NCBI GenBank assembly: GCA_965228735.1
Contig: OZ245838.1
Location: forward strand, 5,952,001-6,016,000
DNA length: 64,000 bases
From: Planctomycetota bacterium
GTDB taxonomy: Bacteria > Planctomycetota > UBA1135 > UBA2386
Direction of reading: 5' to 3'
Below the pieces are notes generated by a model that was given only the letters and a program-made list of their open reading frames with translations, was not told where the DNA came from and ran no database searches. Below are positions 55,643 through 64,000 of the stretch, in pieces. Both the position numbers and the translations under genes were made by a program. Numbering within the stretch: the stretch's first letter is position 1; the number at the start of each line of letters is the position of its first letter.

Positions 55643-55699
55643 CCAGGAGTTCACGGAGTCCGCGTCACGGTCGCGGGCTGGTCCTCCTACTCTCGCGGC

Positions 55700-56563
55700 A
55701 TGGCTCGCTCGTCCGCGGTTCTGATCGTCCTCGCTTCGTCGTTCTCGAGTGTCTCTCTGTCAGCGCAGGGTGATGCCGTGCTCGCGCGGCTACAGCGGGA
55801 GTCGCAGCGCGCGCCCCTCGTCGTGGCCCACCGCGGCAGCAGCTCGACTCATCCGGAGAACACCCTCGCCGCGTTGCGCGCGGCGGTCGCGGACGGAGCG
55901 CACGTGGTCGAGTTCGACGTCCAGCTGACGAAGGACGGCCGTTGGATCTGCATGCACGACACGACGCTCGATCGTACGACGGACGCCGTCGCGCAGCTCG
56001 GTCGCCCGAAGGTCCGCGTCGCGGATGTCACGTTCGAACAGATCCGCGCGCTCGACGCGGGCAGCTGGTTCGATGCGAAGTTCGAGGGCGAGAGAGTGCC
56101 GACGCTGGCGGCGGCGCTCGCCGTGATCCTGCCGGGAGCCGTGCCGATGATCGAGCGCAAGGGCGGCGCGGCCGAGGCGCTCGTCGACGAGCTGCGCCGC
56201 CTCGACGTCGTCGACCGGGTGCTCGTCCAGGCGTTCGACTGGGACTTCCTCGCGGTCGTGCATCGGGCCGAGCCGCGGCTTCTCGTCGGGGCGCTCGGTA
56301 GCGGCGAGTTGACCTCGGAACGGCGGACGGAGCTTCTTCGGACGGGCGCACGGATCGTTCATTGGGCGCGGACGGGCGTGACCGTCGAAGCTGCGAAGGC
56401 CGTGCGATCGACGGATCAGCTGCTCTGCGTCTACACGGCCAACCCGGACATCGAGCTGCTCGGCGCTGCGGCCCTGGGTTGCCATCTCGTCACCACGGAC
56501 CGCCCGGCGCGGATGGCCTGGCTGCGCCGCGAAGGGCTGTTGGGCGGCCCGAAGGCGCGCTGA
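55700..56563 (+). CDS. Glycerophosphodiester phosphodiesterase
   Basis: AHRG...PENTL, EFDVQLTKDG, HD.TLDRTT, VPTL, TDRP. Confidence 0.93.
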   Translation: MARSSAVLIVLASSFSSVSLSAQGDAVLARLQRESQRAPLVVAHRGSSSTHPENTLAALRAAVADGAHVVEFDVQLTKDGRWICMHDTTLDRTTDAVAQLGRPKVRVADVTFEQIRALDAGSWFDAKFEGERVPTLAAALAVILPGAVPMIERKGGAAEALVDELRRLDVVDRVLVQAFDWDFLAVVHRAEPRLLVGALGSGELTSERRTELLRTGARIVHWARTGVTVEAAKAVRSTDQLLCVYTANPDIELLGAAALGCHLVTTDRPARMAWLRREGLLGGPKAR

Positions 56564-56625
56564 TCCGAATCTGGCGCTGCCGCGGCACGCTCGGGGCCCC
56601 GATGTGGCATGATCTCCGTCTCGCC

Positions 56626-57348
56626 ATGGTGCACGACCCGTCCAAACCCGATCCGAAGCGCGACGCCGAGTCGAAAACCGACCCGGTTGTCGGTTCGGAG
56701 ACCGACCCTGTCGTCGGTTCGGAGACGACCAATCTCGTCCGCAAGGCGCAGAGCGGGGAAGGCACCGGCGCGTGGACCCCGCTGTCGGACAAGATCGCGT
56801 ACTACCTGCGGACCCGGTTCGGCAACGCCGGCTTCCCGCCGGGCATCGAGTTCGACGATTTCGTGAGCGACATGATGGCGCGCGTGATGACGTCGATCGA
56901 CTCGTTCGAGGACCGCGGCAACCAGTCGTTCTGGCGCTGGGTCCAGACAATCGGCGGCAACCTCTGGCGTGACATGTGGCGGCGGTTCGAGCGCGATCGC
57001 AAGCTCGGCATCGCGGGCCGCGGCGAGACCCCGTCCGGCGGCGACGAGTCCGGGATCCATCGCGTCGACTCGGCGCCGATGATCGGCGAGACGCCGACCG
57101 GCATCGTGCGGTTCCGCGAGCTCGAGCAGGCCGAGAAGGAGTGCGTCGACCGGTTGCCGGCGGTGCTCAAGAAGGTCTACGTCGCGCGCCGCGTGCACGA
57201 GCAGTCGTTCGCCGAGATCTCCGCTGCCGAGGGCGGCACCAATCACGCGACGCTGCGCAGCCACTACATGCGCGCGCGCGACACGGTGCGCGACTGCCTC
57301 GCGCGCCGGATCGACGAGCTCGGCAAGACGTTCACCGGCTGGCGGTGA
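56626..57348 (+). CDS. ECF-type sigma factor (divergent, orphan)
   Basis: TTNLVRKAQSG, DDFVSD, SFWRWV..I..N..RDMWR, CVDRLP, SFAEIS...LRSHYMRAR; N-terminal 24-bp duplication (TDPVVGSE x2). Confidence 0.8.
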   Translation: MVHDPSKPDPKRDAESKTDPVVGSETDPVVGSETTNLVRKAQSGEGTGAWTPLSDKIAYYLRTRFGNAGFPPGIEFDDFVSDMMARVMTSIDSFEDRGNQSFWRWVQTIGGNLWRDMWRRFERDRKLGIAGRGETPSGGDESGIHRVDSAPMIGETPTGIVRFRELEQAEKECVDRLPAVLKKVYVARRVHEQSFAEISAAEGGTNHATLRSHYMRARDTVRDCLARRIDELGKTFTGWR

Positions 57349-59173
57349 TCCGTGCTGCGTCGGCGCGCCGTGAGGAGGCGTCGCCGGTCGGTCGTATCGC
57401 GAGAGCGGTGAAGAACCCGGGGAAGTAACGCCCCGCCGCGATCGCATCGCGCGAGCGCTGTTCGAACTCGTTCTCGGCCTCGAACAGCGGCTCGACGTCG
57501 CCGAGCTTCGCGAAGCGGTTGATGCTCGTGCTGCGCAGCTCGAGGCCGCAGTCCTCGAGCCAGCCGTGGACCTCGCGCAACGTGTGCTGCGTCTCGTGCG
57601 GGTGCAGCACCTGATCGCGGAACCACGATCGGATCATCGAGGCGTCCCCGGCGTGCGCGCCGTCGAGCTCGCGGTAGCGCTCGAACGCGATCTCTTCGCC
57701 CTGGTCGCGGACCAGGTCACGAAAGTGCTGTAGGAACGGCCGCCGTCCCGGCTCGTGGTAGAGGCCGATGTAGACGTGACCGCCCCGGCGCGCGAAACGC
57801 TGGACATGTCGGAACGCGCGCGCGCAGTCCTTGGTGTGATGTAGCACCCCGAGACTGATGACGAGGTCTACCGGTGCGTCGGCCTCGAACTCGAACAGAT
57901 CGTTCTGGACGAACTGCGTGCGCCCCGCGACACCGAGCCGCTTGGCGACCTCGCGCGCGCGTTCCAGAGCTGCCGGCGTGAAGTCGACAGCCGTGACCTC
58001 GACGTCATAGTGGTGTGCGAGCGTCGATGTGAGCCATCCGCCGCCGCAGCCGATCTCGATCGCGCTGCGAACTTGACCGCTCTGCAGGAGCTCGTGCAGG
58101 TCCGGGTATGGTTCCGCCAGAGAGTGGGCGCGGATCGAGCTGGCAGCGGTCTTCGCATCGCCGTGGTGGTTGAACGGCAGTGCGTCGTAGAAGCGACGCA
58201 CCTCGTGGCCGATTCCGCTCGCCCCCGGTCGCTCGGGCCGGGGCGCGCCGTCCGCCGCCAAGGATGCGGCGCGCGGTTCGCGGACCGATTCCGCGACGTC
58301 GCGTAGCCGGCCGCTCGCGACGAGCCGCGCGAAGACGCTCGCCGCGATCCGAGCGTGGGTCTCGGCACCGAAGTGGGTGCCGTCGTGAGCGCGATCGACG
58401 TCGGGCGCTTGCTCATCGTGCGGTTGGTAGAACGTCGGGTCGATCGCGTCGATGAGGGGCGCCAGCACGGGATGCGTGGCTGCGTTCTCGGCGGTGGGCT
58501 GGACGCAGCGGCGGCTCGTGGCGATTGCCGGGATGCCGCGCGCGGCGAGGAAGCTCTGCACGAGCAGCAGCTCGCGAAGCATCACGAGCTGCGGTTGTCG
58601 GATGTCCGGGAAGTTCAGGTAGCGGTGCCCGTACTTGCTGGCCATACCCCACGGGTCGTCGCTCGGTAGTTCACTGAGCGTGCGCGCGTTCTCCGGTTCG
58701 TTGAGCCATGGGCCCGTGTGCACCGTCGCATCGCGTACCGCGATTTCCGTCCGATGGGGCGAAGCGAAGTTCACGACGGCAAGTCCCGGCGACAGGGCCC
58801 CGCACTGGCTGATGACGCTGCGGGCCACGGCGGCGTTGGACCCGCCAGGGTCGGCGAAGTTCACGAGATTGACCTCGTCTTTGCCGAGGCCGAGCTCGCG
58901 CCGGACGAGTTCCGTCAGCGCGGCTGGCCAGGTGTCCTCGAGCGGCAGCGCAACGCCGAAGGCGTCGCTCTCGCCGAATGCGAACACGTGCAGCCGGGCT
59001 GCGGGGTCGTAGCCCGCGCCGCGGTATCCGCAGGCGTCGAACTCGTAGAGCACAGCGCCTGACGAGTCGCCGCCGTGCTCTCGGCACGACCAAGGCGCGC
59101 CGATGTTGTTTCGGCGATCGTTGCTTGGTCCCGCGTAGGGTACGGGTCCGGGAGCCATGCTGGCGTCGGTCAT
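57332..59173 (-). CDS. SGNH-hydrolase-like domain fused to a class I SAM methyltransferase
   Basis: GYRG, AFGESDAFG, N...GGSN, DGTHFG; then FYDALPFN, EIGCGGG, VDF, GVLHHT, WFRDQVLHPHETQH. Confidence 0.8.
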   Translation of the reverse strand: MTDASMAPGPVPYAGPSNDRRNNIGAPWSCREHGGDSSGAVLYEFDACGYRGAGYDPAARLHVFAFGESDAFGVALPLEDTWPAALTELVRRELGLGKDEVNLVNFADPGGSNAAVARSVISQCGALSPGLAVVNFASPHRTEIAVRDATVHTGPWLNEPENARTLSELPSDDPWGMASKYGHRYLNFPDIRQPQLVMLRELLLVQSFLAARGIPAIATSRRCVQPTAENAATHPVLAPLIDAIDPTFYQPHDEQAPDVDRAHDGTHFGAETHARIAASVFARLVASGRLRDVAESVREPRAASLAADGAPRPERPGASGIGHEVRRFYDALPFNHHGDAKTAASSIRAHSLAEPYPDLHELLQSGQVRSAIEIGCGGGWLTSTLAHHYDVEVTAVDFTPAALERAREVAKRLGVAGRTQFVQNDLFEFEADAPVDLVISLGVLHHTKDCARAFRHVQRFARRGGHVYIGLYHEPGRRPFLQHFRDLVRDQGEEIAFERYRELDGAHAGDASMIRSWFRDQVLHPHETQHTLREVHGWLEDCGLELRSTSINRFAKLGDVEPLFEAENEFEQRSRDAIAAGRYFPGFFTALAIRPTGDASSRRADAARITASR

Positions 59174-59181
59174 CGCCGCGA

Positions 59182-59283
59182 TCAGAACAGCGGGTAGATG
59201 TTCGGGTTCTTGTTCTTGCGGCGGAACGGTCGGAGCAGGAACTGGAACGGGGCTCGAGCCAGCCACTTCAGCATGCGGAGCAT
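59182..59283 (-). CDS. 33-aa basic peptide MLRMLKWLARAPFQFLLRPFRRKNKNPNIYPLF
   Basis: Fills the gap between co-oriented genes (38 bp after the Rieske stop, 8 bp before the next ATG); nearly all codons end in G/C. Confidence 0.7.
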   Translation of the reverse strand: MLRMLKWLARAPFQFLLRPFRRKNKNPNIYPLF

Positions 59284-59321
59284 CTTGGTCGGAGCAGTTG
59301 GGTTGGATGGGAGGGGGTCGG

Positions 59322-60692
59322 TCAACTCGTGGCGCCGGCACCGACGAGTCGGCGATGCAGCGCGCGGGCGCCGAGGCCGGTGGCGGCGAGCACGACCGCA
59401 GTGCCGGCGAGGACGCAGTCGGTCGGCATCGGGGTGCAGACCGCAGCCGCGAGCCCGAGGAACGCGGCGCGGAACGACCAGCGTTCGGCGAACTCGACGC
59501 GGCGCACAGCGAGCGCGCAGTCCGCACACTGATGGACGTGCGCCGACCGCCGATCGATCGGACGCGCGGCCGGCGGTTCGTGGGACTGCTGGCCGCGCGT
59601 GCGCAGGCCGATGAACTCGGGGCGGTCGCTTCCGTATTGGTCGAGCCACTCGCGATACGCGATCACGAGGCGGTCGCTCGAACGCAGCGGCAGCCAGTGT
59701 CGCGCGAGCGGCCCGCGCGTGCGGGCTAGGTTGTCGGCCTGCCCCATGACGACGGCCATGTCTTCCTCGAGCAGGTGGCACTGGTAGCCGTGCTCGAAGA
59801 ACCGCGGCCGCACGCGGTCGCGGAACGAGGCGAAGTTGGTGTAGGCGCGATACAGCAGCCGGCACCGGTCGCGGGCGAGCGGCGTCGAATAGAGCGCGAG
59901 GCCGGCGATGCGGTCGTCGCCGTAGTCGGTCCAGTAGTGAACGAGGCCGGGCGCACGGAACGCGGCGTGCGCGGTCGCGCCGCCCGTGTCGCGAGGGTCA
60001 TCGCCGTCGGCGCGCGTCAGCGTCGTCTCGAAGCCGTCGGCCCGGATCTCGGACAGCTCGAACTCGAGTGGCCCGGCGAGCTCGCGAAGCCCGCCGCCGC
60101 GCGACCGGTCGTGCGCGATGTGGATGTGGGCGTAGTCGAGCACGTTCTCGATCAGGAAGTCCTGGCCGTATGGCAGATCGATCGCGAAGTCGATGCAGTG
60201 CACGTTCTCGGCGTCGACGTCGGCGACCGTGAGCGGCGGTGCGTCGGCGGCGGGCTCGGCGTCACTGCCGGCGACGTCGTCGTTCCGCGTCTCGCGCAAC
60301 CAGACGAGGCCCTGGGCTTCCTGCACCTCTGCCGTCACCGCGCACGCGCCCGCCGGGATGCCCTGCGACGACAGCCGTTGCGGGATCGACGTGCAGCGGC
60401 CGGCGCCATCGAAACGCCAGCCGTGGTAGCCGCACTCGATCTCGCGCCTGCCGGTGCCGTCGGCGCGCAACCTGCCATCCGACAGCCGCGCGCCGCGATG
60501 TGGGCAGTGATCGCGGAGCGCCTTGACCGACCCGTCACCATCCCGGAAGAACACGCAGCCATGGCCCGCGATGTCCACGCGGTGCATTCGCCCTTCCGCC
60601 ACGTCCCTTGCGAACGCCACCGGATGCCACGGCCGCGCGCCGGGGCGCGTCGGTCGCTGCTCGAGGGGCGCGATTGGGGTCGAATGGGACAT
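59322..60692 (-). CDS. Rieske non-heme iron oxygenase, pheophorbide a oxygenase (PAO/Tic55)-like
   Basis: CPHRGA...CGYHGW Rieske motif, ENVLDYAHIHIAH iron site, C-terminal HVHQCADC followed by hydrophobic segments. Confidence 0.87.
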   Translation of the reverse strand: MSHSTPIAPLEQRPTRPGARPWHPVAFARDVAEGRMHRVDIAGHGCVFFRDGDGSVKALRDHCPHRGARLSDGRLRADGTGRREIECGYHGWRFDGAGRCTSIPQRLSSQGIPAGACAVTAEVQEAQGLVWLRETRNDDVAGSDAEPAADAPPLTVADVDAENVHCIDFAIDLPYGQDFLIENVLDYAHIHIAHDRSRGGGLRELAGPLEFELSEIRADGFETTLTRADGDDPRDTGGATAHAAFRAPGLVHYWTDYGDDRIAGLALYSTPLARDRCRLLYRAYTNFASFRDRVRPRFFEHGYQCHLLEEDMAVVMGQADNLARTRGPLARHWLPLRSSDRLVIAYREWLDQYGSDRPEFIGLRTRGQQSHEPPAARPIDRRSAHVHQCADCALAVRRVEFAERWSFRAAFLGLAAAVCTPMPTDCVLAGTAVVLAATGLGARALHRRLVGAGATS

Positions 60693-60983
60693 GCCGGCAG
60701 ACGGGGTCACTGAAATTGAAGCGCGTTGACGGTGCCGCAGGGGCAGATTTCCGTTCACGGGTCTGGCAGGCGTTGGTACCCCTTGGCGAACGTCGATGGC
60801 GGTCCGATTGGACCGCGTTGACGCCAGACATGCCGGCGTGTCACACGATTGGACGGCAATATCGGGCCGCGTGTTCCCTCGCCCGCATCCGGATGACGAC
60901 AGACCCAGTGGTCGGTCGCGGAAGTTCAGATGTTGCCGTAGACCGGAATTCGGCGGCTCACCGGCGGCCGCGCACCGCCTCGC

Positions 60984-63900
60984 TCACATGTTGCGCCGGT
61001 ATTGTCCGCCGACGTCGTACAGCGCCGCCGACATCTGCCCGAGCGAGCAGGTCTTCGCCGCTTCCATGAGGCTCGCGAACACGTTGCCGCCGGCGAGCGC
61101 CTGCTGCTGCAGTTCCTGCAGCGCCGTTGCTGCGGCGCCCTTGTTCTGCTGCTGGAACGCCGCGAGCCCGTCGATCTGCGCCTGCTTCTCGGCATCCGTG
61201 CTGCGCATCACCTCGCCGACGACCTGGATCGGCGAGCCGTCCTTACCGAGGAACGTGTTCACGCCGATGATCGGCATCTCGCCGCTCGCCTTCAGCGACT
61301 CGTAGTGCAGCGACTCGTCCTGGATCTTGCCGCGCTGGTACATCGTCTCCATCGCGCCGAGGACGCCGCCGCGTTCGGACAGCCGTTCGAACTCCGCGTA
61401 GACGGCCTCTTCGACGAGGTCCGTGAGTTCCTCGATGATGAAGCTGCCCTGCAGCGGGTTCTCGTTCTTCGCGAGGCCGAGCTCGCGATTGATGATGAGC
61501 TGGATCGCCATCGCGCGCCGGACCGACTCTTCGGTCGGCGTCGTGATCGCCTCGTCGTAGGCGTTGGTGTGCAGCGAGTTGCAGTTGTCGTAGATCGCGT
61601 AGAGCGCCTGCAGCGTCGTCCGGATGTCGTTGAAGTCGATCTCCTGCGCGTGCAGCGAGCGGCCCGACGTCTGGATGTGGTACTTCAGCATCTGGCTGCG
61701 CTCGTTGCCGCCGTAGAGCCGGTCGATCGCCTTGCTCCAGATGCGCCGCGCGACGCGGCCGATGACCGCATACTCGGGGTCGATGCCGTTGCTGAAGAAG
61801 AAGCTCAGGTTCGGCGCGAACTCGTCGATCGCAAGACCGCGAGACAGGTAGTACTCGACGTAGGTGAAGCCGTTGCTCAGCGTCAGCGCGAGCTGCGTGA
61901 TCGGATTCGCCCCGGCCTCCGCGATGTGGTAGCCGGAGATCGACACCGAGTAGAAGTTGCGCACGCCGTTCTTGCTGAAGAACTCCTGCACGTCGCCCAT
62001 CATCCGCAGCGCGAACTCGGTGCTGAAGATGCAGGTGTTCTGCGCCTGGTCCTCCTTGAGGATGTCGGCCTGCACCGTGCCGCGCACGGTCGCGAGCGTC
62101 TCCTGCCGGATCCGGTCGTAGACGTCGGCCGGCATGACCTGGTCGCCGGTCACGCCGATGAGGCGCGTGCCGAGACCGTCGTGGCCGTCCGGCAGATCGC
62201 CGCGGTAGCGCGGTCGCTGCGAGCCGCCAGCGGCGAACAGCGCGTCGATCTTCTGCTCGGCCTCGTCGGTCTTGCCGTTCTCCTGCAGCCACTTCTCGCA
62301 CTGCTGGTCGATCGCCGCGTTGAGGAAGAACGCGAGCAGCATCGGTGCCGGACCGTTGATCGTCATCGACACGGACGTGACCGGGTCGCAGAGATCGAAG
62401 CCCGAGTAGAGGCGCTTGCAGTCGTCGAGCGTGCAGATCGACACGCCGGCGTTGCCGACCTTGCCGTGGATGTCGGGCCGCACGGCCGGATCCTCGCCGT
62501 AGAGCGTCACGCTGTCGAACGCGGTCGACAGCCGCTTGTAGGGCTGCCCGTGCGAGAGGTAGTGGAAGCGCTTGTTGGTGCGTTCCGGGCCGCCCTCGCC
62601 CGCGAACATGCGCGTCGGGTCCTCGGCCGTGCGCTTGAACGGGTAGACGCCGGCCGCGAACGGGAAGCGCCCCGGCACGTTCTCGGTCAGGAGCCACCGC
62701 AGCCGGTCGCCGTAGTTCTGGTAGCGCGGCAGCGCGATCTTCGGGATGTCGAGCCCCGACAGCGACCGCGTGTGGTTGCTGACCTTGATCTCCTTCTTGC
62801 GGACGTGGAAGACCGAGTGCTCGGCGGCGAGGCCGGCGACGAGGTCGTCCCAGCCACGCAGCGCCGTGAGGCACTCGGGCGCGAGCTCGCTCGCCACGGT
62901 CTTCGCCGCGGTCGTCGCCGCGTCGCGCGCCGGCCCCTCGGGCAGCTCCTCGGCCGCGCGTTCGAGCACGTAGAGCCGTTCGGCGAGCGCGCTCTGCTCC
63001 CTGGCCCACGCATCGTAGGCGCGGTTGTTGTTCACGATCTCCGCGAGGTAGCGGGTGCGTTCGGCCGGGATCACGTGCGCCGTGCCGGGGTCGCCCGTCG
63101 GCATCTCGACCGTGCTCTCGAACTGACCGGGTCGGCGCTCGGCGAGCGCTCGCGCGATCGCCTTGTAGAGCGTGTTGGTCCCCGGGTCGGCGAACTGCGC
63201 GGCCATCGTGCCGAAGACCGGCATGCCCTCGACGGGCCGTTCGAACGCCTGCTTGTTGCGCTGGACCTGCTTCTTGACGTCGCGCAGCGCGTCGCGCGCG
63301 CCTCGGCGATCGAACTTGTTGATCGCGACGAGGTCCGCGTAGTCGAGCATGTCGATCTTCTCGAGCTGGCTCTGCGCGCCGAACTCGGGCGTCATGACGT
63401 AGAGCGACAGGTCGGCGTGCTCGACGATCTCGGTGTCGCTCTGGCCGATGCCGCTGCTCTCGAGCACGATCAGGTCGAAGCCGCTCGTGCGCAGCACGGC
63501 GAGCGCGTCCTGCACGGAGTCGCTGAGCGCGACGTTCGCGCGCCGCGTCGCCATCGAACGGACGAACACCCGGTCCGAGACCGCGGCGTTCATTCGGATG
63601 CGGTCGCCGAGCAGCGCGCCGCCGGTCTTGCGCCGCGTCGGGTCGACGCAGAGCACCGCGATGCGGAGGTCCTGGAAGTCGAGCAGGAAGCGTCGCAGCA
63701 GCTCGTCGATGAGCGAGCTCTTGCCAGCACCTCCCGTGCCCGTGATGCCGAGCACCGGGGCCGGCGTCGCGATGTCGGCCGCCGCGCCGCGCACCTGGTC
63801 GCGGTGCCGTTCCGGGAAGTTCTCGACGAGCGTGATCGCCTGCGCGACCGTGCGCGCGTCCGTCGCCGCGGCCCCCGGCATCGCCGTGTCCTGCGTCACG

Positions 63901-64000
63901 GTCGCGAAGTCGCACCGCCGCAGCATGTCGTTGATCATGCCCTGCAGGCCGAGCTCGCGGCCGTCGTCGGGCGAGTAGATCCGCGCGATGCCGTAGTCGT
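60984..64000 (-). CDS. icmF: Fused isobutyryl-CoA mutase/GTPase IcmF (5' end outside the window)
   Basis: [75 protein letters not shown]. Confidence 0.96.
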   Translation of the reverse strand, partial: DYGIARIYSPDDGRELGLQGMINDMLRRCDFATVTQDTAMPGAAATDARTVAQAITLVENFPERHRDQVRGAAADIATPAPVLGITGTGGAGKSSLIDELLRRFLLDFQDLRIAVLCVDPTRRKTGGALLGDRIRMNAAVSDRVFVRSMATRRANVALSDSVQDALAVLRTSGFDLIVLESSGIGQSDTEIVEHADLSLYVMTPEFGAQSQLEKIDMLDYADLVAINKFDRRGARDALRDVKKQVQRNKQAFERPVEGMPVFGTMAAQFADPGTNTLYKAIARALAERRPGQFESTVEMPTGDPGTAHVIPAERTRYLAEIVNNNRAYDAWAREQSALAERLYVLERAAEELPEGPARDAATTAAKTVASELAPECLTALRGWDDLVAGLAAEHSVFHVRKKEIKVSNHTRSLSGLDIPKIALPRYQNYGDRLRWLLTENVPGRFPFAAGVYPFKRTAEDPTRMFAGEGGPERTNKRFHYLSHGQPYKRLSTAFDSVTLYGEDPAVRPDIHGKVGNAGVSICTLDDCKRLYSGFDLCDPVTSVSMTINGPAPMLLAFFLNAAIDQQCEKWLQENGKTDEAEQKIDALFAAGGSQRPRYRGDLPDGHDGLGTRLIGVTGDQVMPADVYDRIRQETLATVRGTVQADILKEDQAQNTCIFSTEFALRMMGDVQEFFSKNGVRNFYSVSISGYHIAEAGANPITQLALTLSNGFTYVEYYLSRGLAIDEFAPNLSFFFSNGIDPEYAVIGRVARRIWSKAIDRLYGGNERSQMLKYHIQTSGRSLHAQEIDFNDIRTTLQALYAIYDNCNSLHTNAYDEAITTPTEESVRRAMAIQLIINRELGLAKNENPLQGSFIIEELTDLVEEAVYAEFERLSERGGVLGAMETMYQRGKIQDESLHYESLKASGEMPIIGVNTFLGKDGSPIQVVGEVMRSTDAEKQAQIDGLAAFQQQNKGAAATALQELQQQALAGGNVFASLMEAAKTCSLGQMSAALYDVGGQYRRNM

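Noticed and set aside
207..63978. Many long overlapping ORFs in the track (e.g. 824-3076 +, 26959-29001 -, 32091-34349 +, 61243-63915 -)
   Set aside because: Antisense or off-frame shadows of real genes in high-GC DNA; Arg/Ala/Pro-rich with no motifs
1..64000. Prophage, integron or IS element
   Set aside because: No integrase, transposase, phage structural genes or attC-like arrays seen

Overview
High-GC (roughly 70% by eye), gene-dense bacterial chromosome segment with about 47 likely CDSs. I found no rRNA, tRNA, CRISPR array, integrase or transposase. The gene content suggests an uncultured Planctomycetota lineage (inference): three ECF sigma factors, a TPR Ser/Thr kinase, PQQ-like propellers, a sulfatase, a ThuA protein and many signal-peptide proteins. 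Recognisable genes include a DinG-family helicase, rsgA, meaB, methylmalonyl-CoA mutase, icmF (partial), a DEAD-box helicase, NfeD-flotillin, an SPFH protein and ECF42 with its YciI/DGPF partner. Best candidates for undescribed biology: (1) five unrelated secreted proteins share a ~110-140 aa module ending P-x(n)-Q-x(n)-SN, usually at the extreme C-terminus, which looks like a lineage-specific export or surface-sorting domain; (2) an operon of a PAO-like Rieske oxygenase, an unannotated 33-aa peptide ending PNIYPLF and an SGNH-methyltransferase fusion; (3) a 13-codon leader ORF with a hairpin ahead of rsgA; (4) a two-copy REPIN/MITE-like element with a fixed 51-bp spacer, plus a perfect 66-bp palindrome; (5) a formyltransferase-polysaccharide deacetylase fusion; (6) repeated leaderless TAnnnT-N6/7-start architecture. 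All family assignments come from motifs read by eye; no database searches were run.
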